64,000 bases of DNA, taken from the NCBI GenBank assembly GCA_963666425.2, contig OY762825.2, forward strand, positions 544,001-608,000. Direction: 5' to 3'. The position numbers and the translations under genes were made by a program. Below, one piece after another: positions 21,355-31,897 of the stretch. Origin of the DNA: Bacillota bacterium (GTDB lineage: Bacteria > Bacillota > JAAYKD01). The notes beneath the pieces are model-generated. The model was not told where the DNA came from, ran no database searches, and worked only from the letters and a program-made list of their open reading frames with translations. Position 1 is the stretch's first letter, and every line of letters starts with the position of its first letter.

Positions 21355-24300
21355 TTAATCCGGTTGCTTTGCCATCTTGCTGTGCATGGCAAAACGCTCG
21401 TTGGCTTCGGTTTCCGCCTTGGCAAAGAGGCGCTCCGCTTCCTGCGGGAATTGTTTCGCCAGGGCGGAATAACGGACTTCGCTCATCAAAAATGTCTTGA
21501 AATCGGCTTGCGCTGCCTGATAGTCGATTTGGAAGGGATTTTCGTCGGCTGCTGTCCGCTCCGGATTGTAACGGTAGAGCGGCCAATAACCAGCTAAGGT
21601 GGCTTTCTTGGCTTCCAACTGCGATTCGCTCATATTGATGCCATGATTGATGCAGGGAGAATAACAGATCAGCAGTGACGGACCGTTGTAACTTTCCGCT
21701 TCCGCCAGCGCCTTGACAAATTGACTTTGATTGGCACCCATATTGACGGACGCGACATAGACGTAGCCGTAGGACATCGCCATCATACCGAGATCTTTTT
21801 TCTTGTTTTTCTTGCCGGTGGCGGCAAATTTAGCCAAAGCACCGGTCGGCGTCGCTTTGGAGGCTTGACCATTGGTATTGGAATAGACTTCCGTATCGAG
21901 CACCAGCACATTGACATCAAGGTTCTGCGCCAGAACATGATCCAAGCCGCCATAGCCGATATCGTAAGCCCAGCCATCACCGCCAAAGATCCAAATGGAC
22001 GGTTTGACAAATAAATCGCTGCGCTCTAGAATTTCCGCAAAGGCCTTTTGCTCGGCCGCAGGGACTTTGACCATCGCTTCCGGCAGCAATGCTTTTAATT
22101 GCTCGCCGTAAGCCCTAGAGAGTTTGGCATCCATGCGATGCTGCAGCCAATTTTCCAAGGCTGTTTTTACTTCGCCAATGATCGGTGTCGTCAGCAGTTG
22201 GGTGACCAGTTCGGCCAATTGATCGCGGCGCTGGATATAGGCAACCGCCATGCCAAAGCCGTATTCCGCATTATCTTCAAAGAGGGAATTGCCCCAGGCC
22301 GGGCCCTGCCCTTTTTGGTTACTGCAGTAGGGATTGGACGGCGCGCTGCCGCCGTAAATGGAAGAACAGCCGGTGGCGTTGGCAATCACCATGCGGTCGC
22401 CGAATAATTGAGTCACTACTTTGATATAAGGCGTTTCGCCGCAGCCGGCACAGGCGCCGGAGAATTGGAAGAGCGGCAGATTGAACTGACTGCCTTTGAC
22501 GGTTGCCGCATTAAATTGATTCTCTGTTCTGGGCAGTTTTTCTACGAATTCGTACTTCGCAATTTCGGCTTCCTTCACGGTCTCCAGATTTTGCAGCAGC
22601 AGCGCTTTGTCTTTGGCGGGGCACACCTCTACGCAGTTGCCGCAGCCGGTGCAGTCCAGAGGCGACACTTGAATGATGAATTGTTTGCCGGCCGCTTCTT
22701 TGCCGATGGCCGCTTTGCTCATCAGGCCGGCAGGTTTTTGACTCAAATCAGCTGCATCTGCTAAATAGGGGCGGATGGCTGCATGTGGGCAGACAAAAGA
22801 GCATTGGTTGCATTGAATGCATTTCTCCATCTGCCAAACAGGGATATCCACCGCGATACCGCGCTTTTCATAAGCGGTTGTCCCTACCGGATAGCTGCCG
22901 TCCGCCGGGAAAATGCTGACCGGCAGCTGATCCCCTTGCAGAGCAGCCATCGGTTGAGCGATCTGGCTGATAAACAGAGGCAGATCCTCTTTGATTTTAG
23001 CTGGTTCCGGCAGATCGCGCCAGGCAGCCGGTACGGGAATTTCCTGCAATCCCGCAATGGAAAGGTCGATGGCGGCAAAGTTCATCGCCACCACTTTTTC
23101 ACCTTTTTTGCCGTAGGTCTTGACCACAGCCTGCTTGATGTAATCAATGGCTTGCACTGCCGGGATGACGTTCGCGATGTGGAAGAAGCAGGACTGCATC
23201 ACAACGTTGATGCGATTGCCCATACCAACTTCGCGGGCGACTTTTAAGGCGTCGACCGTATAGAAGCGGGCTTGCTTTTCAGCCAGTGCCCGTTTCAGGT
23301 GAGCGGGCAATTTCTCTGCCATTTCTGCGGCTGTCCAGGGCGAGTTGAGCAAAAAGATGCCGCCTGTTTTGAGATCGGCAGCCATATCATATTTATCCAC
23401 AAAGGAAGGGTTATGACAGGCAATCAGGTCGGCTGCTCCAATTAGATAGGGCGATTGGATCGGCGTCTTGCCAAAACGCAGATGAGAGACGGTAATGCCG
23501 CCCGATTTCTTGGAATCGTAAACAAAGTAACCTTGCGCATAGAGATCGGTATGATCGCCGATGATTTTGATGGAATTCTTGTTGGCTCCCACTGTGCCGT
23601 CGGAACCAAGCCCGTAAAACAGGCAGCTGTAGGCGCCGGCTGGAGCGGTGTCGATTTTCTCTGAGAGCGGGAGGCTGGTGTGGGTCAGATCATCCTGAAT
23701 CCCCACCGTAAAGCCGGTCTTTGGCTGTGCACGGTGCAGATTTTGATATACCGCATGTATCATGGTCGGCGTAAAATCTTTGGATCCCAAACCGTAACGC
23801 CCTCCGACGATCAGAGGATGCTCTGTGCGATTAGCAAAGACGGCGCAGACATCAAGATACAGCGGTTCTCCCAGCGAGCCGGGTTCTTTCGTGCGGTCCA
23901 GAACGGCTATTTTTTGTACGGTTTTTGGCAGCACGCGCAGGAAATCCTGGCTGGAGAAGGGGCGGTATAAGCGGACTTTGATCAAACCGATTTTCTGTCC
24001 CTGCGCAGTCAAATAGTTGACCGTTTCTTCAATGGCTTCGCAGGCAGACCCCATGGCGACGATGATTTCGCTGGCATCCGCAGCACCGACATAATCAAAA
24101 GGCTGATAATGCCGGCCGGTCAATTCGCCGACTTTCTGCATCATTTCCGTTACAATCGCCGGAACCGCCTGATAGTAGGAGTTTGCCGCTTCGCGGCCCT
24201 GGAAATAAATATCGGCATTTTGAGCGGTACCATGCTGCACCGGGTGTTCTGGGTTGAGCGCTCGGGCACGGAAAGCTTTGACTTCATCCCAATCAATCAG

Positions 24301-24882
24301 TTTAGCCATTTCCTGATAATCGATCAGTTCAATTTTTTGAATTTCATGCGAAGTGCGAAAACCGTCAAAGAAATGCAGGAAGGGCAGGTGAGCTTTTAAT
24401 GTGGCAAGGTGCGCCACCAAAGCCAGGTCCATCACTTCCTGCACGGAAGCGGAAGCCAACATGACAAAGCCGGTCTGACGGGTGGCCATCACATCCTGAT
24501 GATCACCAAAGATCGATAAGGCATGGGTAGCAATGGCGCGCGCCGAAACATGGAAGACCGTCGGCAGCAATTCACCGGCAATTTTATACATATTGGGGAT
24601 CATCAGGAGTAAGCCTTGCGAAGCGGTAAAAGTGGTAGTCAGAGCGCCGGCGCTCAAAGCACCGTGCACTGCTCCGGCAGCGCCGGCTTCCGATTGCATT
24701 TCGGTGATTTTCAGGGTTTGGCCGAATAAGTTCTTGCGGCCGGCAGCAGCCCACTCATCGCAGACTTCCCCCATAGTGGTGGAAGGGGTAATCGGATAGA
24801 GCGCCGCAACATCACTAAAGGCGTAAGCTACATGGGCAGCCGCTGTATTGCCATCGATGGTTTGTTTTGTGACCGGCATCAT
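21355..24882 (-). CDS. nifJ: Pyruvate:ferredoxin (flavodoxin) oxidoreductase, homodimeric
   Basis: YPITPS, EMQSEAGAAG, two CxxCxxCxxxCP ferredoxin motifs, GDGWAYDIG. Confidence 0.97.
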   Translation of the reverse strand: MMPVTKQTIDGNTAAAHVAYAFSDVAALYPITPSTTMGEVCDEWAAAGRKNLFGQTLKITEMQSEAGAAGAVHGALSAGALTTTFTASQGLLLMIPNMYKIAGELLPTVFHVSARAIATHALSIFGDHQDVMATRQTGFVMLASASVQEVMDLALVAHLATLKAHLPFLHFFDGFRTSHEIQKIELIDYQEMAKLIDWDEVKAFRARALNPEHPVQHGTAQNADIYFQGREAANSYYQAVPAIVTEMMQKVGELTGRHYQPFDYVGAADASEIIVAMGSACEAIEETVNYLTAQGQKIGLIKVRLYRPFSSQDFLRVLPKTVQKIAVLDRTKEPGSLGEPLYLDVCAVFANRTEHPLIVGGRYGLGSKDFTPTMIHAVYQNLHRAQPKTGFTVGIQDDLTHTSLPLSEKIDTAPAGAYSCLFYGLGSDGTVGANKNSIKIIGDHTDLYAQGYFVYDSKKSGGITVSHLRFGKTPIQSPYLIGAADLIACHNPSFVDKYDMAADLKTGGIFLLNSPWTAAEMAEKLPAHLKRALAEKQARFYTVDALKVAREVGMGNRINVVMQSCFFHIANVIPAVQAIDYIKQAVVKTYGKKGEKVVAMNFAAIDLSIAGLQEIPVPAAWRDLPEPAKIKEDLPLFISQIAQPMAALQGDQLPVSIFPADGSYPVGTTAYEKRGIAVDIPVWQMEKCIQCNQCSFVCPHAAIRPYLADAADLSQKPAGLMSKAAIGKEAAGKQFIIQVSPLDCTGCGNCVEVCPAKDKALLLQNLETVKEAEIAKYEFVEKLPRTENQFNAATVKGSQFNLPLFQFSGACAGCGETPYIKVVTQLFGDRMVIANATGCSSIYGGSAPSNPYCSNQKGQGPAWGNSLFEDNAEYGFGMAVAYIQRRDQLAELVTQLLTTPIIGEVKTALENWLQHRMDAKLSRAYGEQLKALLPEAMVKVPAAEQKAFAEILERSDLFVKPSIWIFGGDGWAYDIGYGGLDHVLAQNLDVNVLVLDTEVYSNTNGQASKATPTGALAKFAATGKKNKKKDLGMMAMSYGYVYVASVNMGANQSQFVKALAEAESYNGPSLLICYSPCINHGINMSESQLEAKKATLAGYWPLYRYNPERTAADENPFQIDYQAAQADFKTFLMSEVRYSALAKQFPQEAERLFAKAETEANERFAMHSKMAKQPD

Positions 24883-24982
24883 AATCTCTCCTTTTCCTGA
24901 TTGATTCGCATTTCTGTCATCTGCATCTGTGGAACTTTGAGTCGGACTTATGCAAGGTTATTCTTTTTTGGCTTCGATATAA

Positions 24983-25810
24983 TTACTGCTGCTTTTTCAT
25001 AAAATCAGCATTGGAAACAGCGTAGCTCACCAGGGTCGCCGCAGCGGAAACATTGAGTGATTCCACTTTTTCCGCCATGGGGATGGTGATAAATTGCTGA
25101 CAAATCTCTCGTACTTCCGGAGAAATACCGACGCTTTCGTTACCCAAGACAAAAATCGCTTTTTCGGCAAATTTCGTGCCAAAAAGGTTTTTGCCTTTGG
25201 CATCACCGGATAAACCGTAGATGGTAAAACCGGCTGTGACAGCCTGCTGCAGCGCTTCCAACAAGGTGGGGTGGCGGTAAATATTCGCCTGGAAAACGGT
25301 TGCAGCCGCTGCTTTGATTACGAAGGGCTGATTGATGCTGGGCATACCCGCTTCCGGAATCAGCAGGCCATCCAAACCGGAGGCCACCGCAGAACGGATG
25401 GTCATACCCAAATTCGCCGGGGTAGTGATGCCATCCAGGGCAATCAAACGGGCATTGGCAGGCGCTGTAGCCAGCCAGGCTGACCAATTGTTATCGATTT
25501 TGCCAATTACATCCGCAACAACACCCTGATCTTCATCTTTGTTTTTGGAAATCCGGGAAAGTTGCTCGCGGTCCATTTCTTTAACCGTGATTTTGCGTTG
25601 GTTTGCCAGCTGCACAATTTCACGAATCGCTTCGGAACGGCTGTCTTTAGCAACCAAAACCCGTTCCACTTTCACATCGGCATGGAATGCCAGCAGATCA
25701 TGCACTGTTTTTTTACCGTAGACGGTAATGAATTGTTTGAAATATTCTTTCTTGGCTAAGTATTCCGGAGAATCTACAAATTGCCGCTCCGTTGTTTTGT
25801 CTTTTGTCAT
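24983..25810 (-). CDS. SpoU/TrmH-family RNA methyltransferase (RlmB-like)
   Basis: PANLGMTIRS, VLGNESVG, IPMAEKVESLNVS; start ATG 25810. Confidence 0.88.
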   Translation of the reverse strand: MTKDKTTERQFVDSPEYLAKKEYFKQFITVYGKKTVHDLLAFHADVKVERVLVAKDSRSEAIREIVQLANQRKITVKEMDREQLSRISKNKDEDQGVVADVIGKIDNNWSAWLATAPANARLIALDGITTPANLGMTIRSAVASGLDGLLIPEAGMPSINQPFVIKAAAATVFQANIYRHPTLLEALQQAVTAGFTIYGLSGDAKGKNLFGTKFAEKAIFVLGNESVGISPEVREICQQFITIPMAEKVESLNVSAAATLVSYAVSNADFMKKQQ

Positions 25811-25854
25811 TTTTTCCTCCTCCTGATCGTTCCCTTTGGAAAACGATCTCACGT

Positions 25855-25886
25855 AAAAAGGCAGGGAGTAATTTCTCCTGCCTTTC
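25855..25886. terminator. Terminator-like hairpin
   Basis: AAAAAGGCAGGGAG-TAATTT-CTCCTGCCTTT. Confidence 0.65.
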
Positions 25887-25895
25887 TGTTACGCA

Positions 25896-27044
25896 TTATT
25901 TAACTTGAAACTCAAAACTCAATTGATAAACCGTTCCTGCCTGCAATGCTACACAGCGAGAACCGATCGGATAGACACTGACCTCGTTTTGGTCGGCGGT
26001 TTTCTCCGAATCTCCCGTTGGCTGTAAACTGAAGACAGGTAAAGAAACCGTAGAATCGGCAGGAATCACGATTCCTTGCAAGAGTTCGACGAGTTCCTCC
26101 CCGGTTCCTTCTATTTTTAATTCTGTCAGAGATCCTTCTGCGGTGGCCGCTATGAGTTCATAAGCTAAGGGACTGTGCTCCGCCGCCGTTAAAATTGCTT
26201 CCTGCAGCGTCTGATCCAGTTCAATTTGCACGCTGCGCGGCTCTGGCTGCACCAAAGCGGTTGGCGGTGCTGCCGCTAAACCATAGAGCGCAGTCGGTTC
26301 TGACAAGCCATCCGGGTCAGCCGTACTGTTTGGTGCCGCCGCACTGTCCGTGGCAGCAACGCTTGCTTCCGGCAGCAGTGTGTCGTTAGTCACAGTTGGA
26401 TCGGTGAGGTTTGCTTCGGGAGGTTTAGCCAACATTTTACTGCCGCCTGTCGCTTCCTTCACGGGTGCTGTCTCGCTGTCACTAGGCGGTTCACAGGCTG
26501 TTGGCACTCCCGGCAGAGACGGAATGGCTCTTTTCATGTCTGCACTATTCGCATCCTGCTCTGTTTTTGCTGTCTGCTCCGCGCTTTCGTTTGTATCCGC
26601 CGCCGCGTCATATTCTTTTGCTGTATCCGTGATGCCAACCTCAGCCGTCGTTTGCTCCGGCCGAACCAAAAGACCCGAAGTTTGGATCAGCATCGCAACC
26701 GCGGCGATTGCCGCGATCGCGGCGGTAGTCCAAAACCGCCAGTGCCGCTTCCAGCTTTTTGCCTGAAGCGCTTTCGTTTTGGCGCTGTCGCCTGTCTTGT
26801 TCGCTGCCGCAACAGCCGTCATTTTTTCGGCTGCGATAGCCGCCATAATACTGCTATGCAGATTTGGTGGAAGTTCCGTCGGATGATCCGCTCTGATTGC
26901 AGCTTGAACTTTCTGCAGCCAAAGAATTTCCTGACGGCAAGCGGCGCATTCCGCTAAATGCTGTCTGAGTTCTGGGGGCCATTGTTCTTCCGGCAGGGAT
27001 AAAACGGCAGATAATTCTGCTCTGCAATCCTGACAATTCATCAT
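25896..27044 (-). CDS. Zinc-binding (zf-HC2) membrane anti-sigma factor
   Basis: CQDC...HLAECAAC, one TM segment, acidic low-complexity extracellular part; overlaps the sigma stop. Confidence 0.82.
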   Translation of the reverse strand: MMNCQDCRAELSAVLSLPEEQWPPELRQHLAECAACRQEILWLQKVQAAIRADHPTELPPNLHSSIMAAIAAEKMTAVAAANKTGDSAKTKALQAKSWKRHWRFWTTAAIAAIAAVAMLIQTSGLLVRPEQTTAEVGITDTAKEYDAAADTNESAEQTAKTEQDANSADMKRAIPSLPGVPTACEPPSDSETAPVKEATGGSKMLAKPPEANLTDPTVTNDTLLPEASVAATDSAAAPNSTADPDGLSEPTALYGLAAAPPTALVQPEPRSVQIELDQTLQEAILTAAEHSPLAYELIAATAEGSLTELKIEGTGEELVELLQGIVIPADSTVSLPVFSLQPTGDSEKTADQNEVSVYPIGSRCVALQAGTVYQLSFEFQVK

Positions 27045-27673
27045 TCAGAACCTCCTTTCTGATCAGTATGACGCAAATACCCTTGAAAAAGTTCCGCCCG
27101 GCTGAGAACGATCTGCCGCAGCGCGCTGCGGGCACGGAAAATACGGGATTTGACCGTACCCAATTGACATTGCAGCAGCTCTGCAATTTCTTCGTAACTT
27201 CTGTTTTCGATATCGCAGAGGATCAAGATGATTTTTTGATCCGGGTTGAGCAACTTTAAGGCTTCCTGCACCAAAGACTGCAAATCGGAGCGTTCTAAAA
27301 GTTCCTGCGGCAGCGGGGAAGCATCGCTTGGCTCCGTCTCTTTTTCAAAAACATCTTTCTGATTTAAACTAAAGGCCACGACCTTCTCCACCCGCTGCCG
27401 TTTTCGCAAAAAATCGAGGCAGGCGTTGGTAGCCAGGCGGTAGAACCAGGTATTGAACGTGGATTCTCCTTTAAAACTGTCGAGGGAACGGTAGAGTTTC
27501 AGGAAAATCTCCTGCGTCATTTCCAAAGCATCATCCGGATTGGCCGCCATCCGATAAGCCAATTGATAGACTTTTTTTTCGTAGAGATGAACCAATTGCT
27601 CAAAGGCCGCTTCGTCTTTGCGCTGAGCCGCCAAGACCAGCTGAGCGAGTTCAGTCGCTTCGTCCTGTATCAT
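27041..27673 (-). CDS. ECF RNA polymerase sigma factor
   Basis: AFEQLV, QEIFLKLY, FNTWFYRLATN, SYEEIA...GTVKSRIFRAR; start ATG 27673. Confidence 0.93.
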   Translation of the reverse strand: MIQDEATELAQLVLAAQRKDEAAFEQLVHLYEKKVYQLAYRMAANPDDALEMTQEIFLKLYRSLDSFKGESTFNTWFYRLATNACLDFLRKRQRVEKVVAFSLNQKDVFEKETEPSDASPLPQELLERSDLQSLVQEALKLLNPDQKIILILCDIENRSYEEIAELLQCQLGTVKSRIFRARSALRQIVLSRAELFQGYLRHTDQKGGSE

Positions 27674-27762
27674 CGCGTTCCCTCCTTTCCCCCCTGCCTT
27701 GCGGCAATCGGACAATTTCTTCTGCCATCTTATCATGCGCTGATTTGCCGCGCAAGTAGCTT

Positions 27763-29235
27763 TTAGCGCTGCAGGGTGATGATCTGCGTTGCAATTCGCT
27801 GCACGAAAGCAGCGTCATGTTCCACGAAGACAATCGTAGGCGCATCCTGTAAAATAATCTCTTCAATCTGCATGCGCGACAGCAGATCAATATAATTCAG
27901 CGGTTCATCCCAGAGATAAAGGTGCGCTTTTTCACAGAGGCTGGCCGCGATCACCACTTTTTTCTTCTGTCCCATGCTATAGGTCTGCATCGGTTTTTCA
28001 AATTGCAGGCGGGAAAAATCCAGCTTGCGTAAGATCGTTTTGAACAAGCTTTCATCGATACCGTTTTGCTCGGCAAAAGCTTTTAAATCACCTTGCAAAA
28101 AAGACGTATCCTGCGGCACATAAGAGATTTTCAGCTGGCTGCCGCGGTAAATGACGCCTTGATATGGGATATCTTTATCCAAAATTAACTTGAGCAGGCT
28201 GGTTTTCCCGCAGCCGTTTTTACCCGTCAAAGCGATGCGGTCGCCGCGGTGCACTGCCAGGCGGATGTTCTGACAGACGATGCGCTGATCGTAGCTGACG
28301 CTGACATCCCGCAGTTCCAGCAAGGTATCTGCATGATAACGCAGGGGATGGATGGCAAGCTTTTCTGCCGTTTCCCGATTTTTCAGCAGCTTCGCTTTTT
28401 CTTCAATGCTGCGCTGCACGCGCTTTTCTGTGTTCTTGCTGCGCTTCATCATTTTTGCTGCCTGATGCCCGATGTAGCCGCGGTCGACCGGACCTTGCCC
28501 TATCTTTGTGTTCTCAATTTGCTGGGACCAGACGGCAGTTGCTTTGGCCAATTCCTGCAAACGCCCGATTTCCTTTTTCTGTTTCTCATTTTCGTCCCAT
28601 TCAAATTGATCCTGCCGGTTTTTATTCAGCCACCAGGAGGAGAAATTGCCGCGTTGGATTTCAATATTGGCTTGATTGATCGCCAGGATATGATCGACAC
28701 AATGGTCCAAAAAGCTGCGGTCATGCGAAACCAGAATAAAACCGGCTTTGCGCTGTAAATAATCGCTGACGATCTGCCGTGCTTTCAGATCGAGATGATT
28801 GGTCGGCTCATCAATCAATAAGAAGGAATCCTGCCGTAAAAAGAGTGCCGCCAGCAATATTTTTGTCTTTTCTCCTTCGCTTAAGGTGGAAAAAGGCCGC
28901 AGCAAAACGTCGTCTGTCAAATCCAAGAGGGAAATTTCCCGATTGATTTGCCAAACTTGCGCTTCCCCGCAGATCTCTGTCATGATTTGCTGCGTGTTTT
29001 TTTCCTGATCGGGAACCGCAAAGGGAAAATACTGAAAATCTACAGCGGCCGAAATTGTTCCCTGATAAGCATAATCGCCTAAAAGCAAGCGCAGAAAGGT
29101 CGTTTTCCCCCTGCCATTGCGGCCGACAAAGCCCAGTTTCCAATTGCTGTCCAATTGCAGATTGACCTGCTTAAAGATCGTATCATAGCTGCCTTCATAG
29201 GCAAAGGTTAAATTTTGTATGGCAATCAAGGACAT
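27763..29235 (-). CDS. Lsa-like ABC-F ribosomal protection protein
   Basis: Two ABC domains and no TM segments; N-terminus MSLIAIQNLTFAYEGSYD...WKLGFVGRNGRGKTT and linker DRGYIGHQAAKMMKRSK resemble the Lsa family; start ATG 29235. Confidence 0.85.
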   Translation of the reverse strand: MSLIAIQNLTFAYEGSYDTIFKQVNLQLDSNWKLGFVGRNGRGKTTFLRLLLGDYAYQGTISAAVDFQYFPFAVPDQEKNTQQIMTEICGEAQVWQINREISLLDLTDDVLLRPFSTLSEGEKTKILLAALFLRQDSFLLIDEPTNHLDLKARQIVSDYLQRKAGFILVSHDRSFLDHCVDHILAINQANIEIQRGNFSSWWLNKNRQDQFEWDENEKQKKEIGRLQELAKATAVWSQQIENTKIGQGPVDRGYIGHQAAKMMKRSKNTEKRVQRSIEEKAKLLKNRETAEKLAIHPLRYHADTLLELRDVSVSYDQRIVCQNIRLAVHRGDRIALTGKNGCGKTSLLKLILDKDIPYQGVIYRGSQLKISYVPQDTSFLQGDLKAFAEQNGIDESLFKTILRKLDFSRLQFEKPMQTYSMGQKKKVVIAASLCEKAHLYLWDEPLNYIDLLSRMQIEEIILQDAPTIVFVEHDAAFVQRIATQIITLQR

Positions 29236-29254
29236 TATTTTCACCTCATATCGT

Positions 29255-29504
29255 AAAAAGACTGCAAGAAAGCAGCTTCTTGCAGTCTGGTACAAGGTCA
29301 GGAAGCGGTGCCGAGCATTCTTTTTGCAAATTCGGCTTCCCTGCTGATGTAAGGCTGATTCTACTCTCTTGCTTTTGACACAAAGAATCAACGGCTCTGC
29401 TGCCGTTTTATTTCTTTGTCTGATTAGAGCAAGATTAGCTGCGCATCCTTACATCTCCTATCGTCAATTTATTCTATTTTATCATTGGCAGTCTCGACTG
29501 TCAA
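29255..29504 (-). promoter_or_regulatory. Promoter and ribosome-dependent attenuator leader of the ABC-F gene
   Basis: TTGACA-17-TAAAAT (29476-29504); AGGAG then uORF ATG CGC AGC TAA (29435-46); GATGTAAGG/CCTTACATC pairing; terminator AGACTGCAAGAA/TTCTTGCAGTCT plus T-run (29255-88). Confidence 0.75.
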
Positions 29505-30046
29505 GAATGCTTTGCCAGCCAATAAAGATAGGATGGATGCATCAAGCCGGTAGGCGCATAATATTCGTCTTTCAGGTAGCAAAAGCCCAACCCTTGCAGG
29601 ACTTTTTTGGAACCGCTGTTGTTGGGGTGGTGACCGGCAAAAAGCGCTTTGGCCTGCAGTACTTCTGCGGCATAAATCATGGCGCGCCGCGCCGCTTCGG
29701 TTGCCAAACCTTTTCCCCATTGCGCACGGACTAAATGCACCCCAATTTCCAGGATTCCCTGCTCCTGATCATAAGGGCGTAAGCCGCAGCAGCCTAAGAA
29801 TTCTCCCGTTGCCAAAAGAAAGATCGGCCAATACTGCATCTGATGATTTTGCTGATTTTCAATTTCTTTTGCCAGTCTGGCGCTGATCTCCGCTTCGCTG
29901 AAAAGGCCGCTGGCGCAAATCCAATGCGTCACAGCGGCGTCACCCCATAAGCTGCGCGCCAACGACAGATCTTCCCGGTGCCAGTATCGGAAGCCGATGC
30001 GTTCGCTTTGCATAAAATATTCTGTTGGCATTTCATTTCGCCTCAC
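29501..30046 (-). CDS. GNAT (RimJ/RimL-like) acetyltransferase
   Basis: GCCGLRP, EIGVHL, WGKGLATEAA, NNSGSKKVLQGLGF; exact start uncertain. Confidence 0.87.
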   Translation of the reverse strand: MRRNEMPTEYFMQSERIGFRYWHREDLSLARSLWGDAAVTHWICASGLFSEAEISARLAKEIENQQNHQMQYWPIFLLATGEFLGCCGLRPYDQEQGILEIGVHLVRAQWGKGLATEAARRAMIYAAEVLQAKALFAGHHPNNSGSKKVLQGLGFCYLKDEYYAPTGLMHPSYLYWLAKHS

Positions 30047-30101
30047 TCTGCTGCTATTCGACTCATTCTAACAAATTAATAGAATTTTGACAAGCTTTCT
30101 C

Positions 30102-30130
30102 TTGATTTTTTTTGCAATTTCCACTAGAAT
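30102..30130 (+). promoter_or_regulatory. Putative promoter of the GH2 gene
   Basis: TTGATT-17-TAGAAT followed by an AGGAGG RBS. Confidence 0.5.
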
Positions 30131-30160
30131 TAAAGAAATGCGTTTAGGAGGCTGACTCAA

Positions 30161-31858
30161 TTGAATAATCCTCGTCAGGAATACCCACGGCCGCAGCTGG
30201 TACGACCGATTTGGCAAAACCTTAATGGTACCTGGAACTTTGAAATGGATCCCGGGAAAAGCGGACGAGCGCGCGGATTACCCGAAGCAGAACATCTCCG
30301 GCAAGAAATTCTGGTCCCCTTTTGCCCGGAAAGCAAACTCTCCGGCATCGGCTGCACAGATTTTATGCCCTGCGTCTGGTATTTGCGCACGATCACAGTT
30401 GAGCAGGATTGGCTGCTCAATCACCGCCGCACACTGCTGCATTTTGGCGCCTGTGATTACCGCACGGAAGTTTGGCTCAACGGCCATGCGGTCGGTAGTC
30501 ACAGCGGCGGCTTCGTCTCTTTTTCTTTTGATCTGACTGACTGGCTGGTTCCGGGAGAAAACCGCATCATCGTCTGCGCCGAAGACGATTTACGCAGCCG
30601 GCAGCAGCCAAGTGGCAAGCAGAGCCGCAGTTATAATTCGTACGGTTGTTATTACACCAGAACCACTGGCATCTGGCAGACGGTTTGGTTGGAAAACCTG
30701 CCTGACGCTGCGATTGTTACCACCCGCTATACCCCGCTGCTTGCTGAACAGTCTCTGTTAATCGAAGCGGTTTGTGCCAACGCTCATGGTATGACCTGCA
30801 AAGCGGAAGCGTTTTTTGCCGGTAGAACCGTAGGCAGTGCCGAAGCAGTCGTTTCCGGCAAGAAAGCTGTGCTCTGTTTACGGCTGCATGAACTGCAGCT
30901 ATGGGCTCCCGGTCAGGCGAATTTATATGATCTGCGCCTGACACTCGGCGAGGACAGCGTAGAAAGCTACTTTGGCATGCGGGATATTGTTTATCAGCAA
31001 GGGAAACTGCTGCTAAACGGCCAAGTTTTATTCCAACGTCTGGTGCTGGACCAGGGTTTCTATCCCGATGGCATTTATACTGCCGCCGACGATGAAGAAT
31101 TGAAAAGGGATATCCTACTCTCGCAGGCGATGGGCTTTCAGGGCGCGCGTCTGCATCAGAAGGTTTTTGAGCCGCGCTTTCTGTATCATTGTGATCGTCT
31201 TGGTTATTTGGTTTGGGGAGAATACGGCGATTGGGGGCTCGATTTAGCTCAGGCCGAAGCCTGGCAGAGCTTTCTGCCGGAGTGGCTGCAAATTCTGGAA
31301 CGCGATTACAATCATCCGGCTCTGGTGGGATGGTGTCCCTGCAATGAAACGCAAGAAGATCAGAACCAAGCTTTAGTGCATATGGCGGTTGCTCTCACAC
31401 ACGCTTATGATCAAACCAGACCGGTGATTGATACTTCCGGTTGGACCCATGTCAGGGGGTTGAGTGATCTCGTCGATACCCATGATTATGAACAAAACCC
31501 CGCTGTTTTTCAAGCCCGCTATGATAAGCTGATGCTTGGCGAAACGGTAGCCATGGTCAACGGCGAACCGGATCGGCCCACTTTTATGAGTGAATATGGC
31601 GGCATCTGGTGGTGCCCTGCGGCAGCGGACGGCTGGGGTTACGGCGAGCGCCCGCGCAGCGAAGAGGAGTTTTTAGACCGTTTCAGCCGACTGACGCGTG
31701 CCATCCTGCAAAACCCGAATTTCTGCGCACTCTGTTATACGCAGCTGACCGACGTGGAGCAAGAAAAAAACGGACTCTATACCGATCGGCGGCATCCCAA
31801 ATTTGATCCGCAGCGGATTGCTGCCGTGCTGCAAGAAAAAGCTGCGATTGAATCTTAA
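30161..31858 (+). CDS. Glycoside hydrolase family 2 (beta-galactosidase/glucuronidase-like)
   Basis: EYPRPQ, LHFGA, TGIWQTVWLE, LDQGFYPDG, WCPCNE, SEYGG, YTQLTDVEQE. Confidence 0.92.
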   Translation: MNNPRQEYPRPQLVRPIWQNLNGTWNFEMDPGKSGRARGLPEAEHLRQEILVPFCPESKLSGIGCTDFMPCVWYLRTITVEQDWLLNHRRTLLHFGACDYRTEVWLNGHAVGSHSGGFVSFSFDLTDWLVPGENRIIVCAEDDLRSRQQPSGKQSRSYNSYGCYYTRTTGIWQTVWLENLPDAAIVTTRYTPLLAEQSLLIEAVCANAHGMTCKAEAFFAGRTVGSAEAVVSGKKAVLCLRLHELQLWAPGQANLYDLRLTLGEDSVESYFGMRDIVYQQGKLLLNGQVLFQRLVLDQGFYPDGIYTAADDEELKRDILLSQAMGFQGARLHQKVFEPRFLYHCDRLGYLVWGEYGDWGLDLAQAEAWQSFLPEWLQILERDYNHPALVGWCPCNETQEDQNQALVHMAVALTHAYDQTRPVIDTSGWTHVRGLSDLVDTHDYEQNPAVFQARYDKLMLGETVAMVNGEPDRPTFMSEYGGIWWCPAAADGWGYGERPRSEEEFLDRFSRLTRAILQNPNFCALCYTQLTDVEQEKNGLYTDRRHPKFDPQRIAAVLQEKAAIES

Positions 31859-31897
31859 AAAACAGACCTTCTCTTTTAGAGAGAAGGTCTGTTTTTT
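31857..31897. terminator. Bidirectional terminator
   Basis: A-run, CAGACCTTCTCT-TTTAG-AGAGAAGGTCTG, T-run, between convergent genes. Confidence 0.8.
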
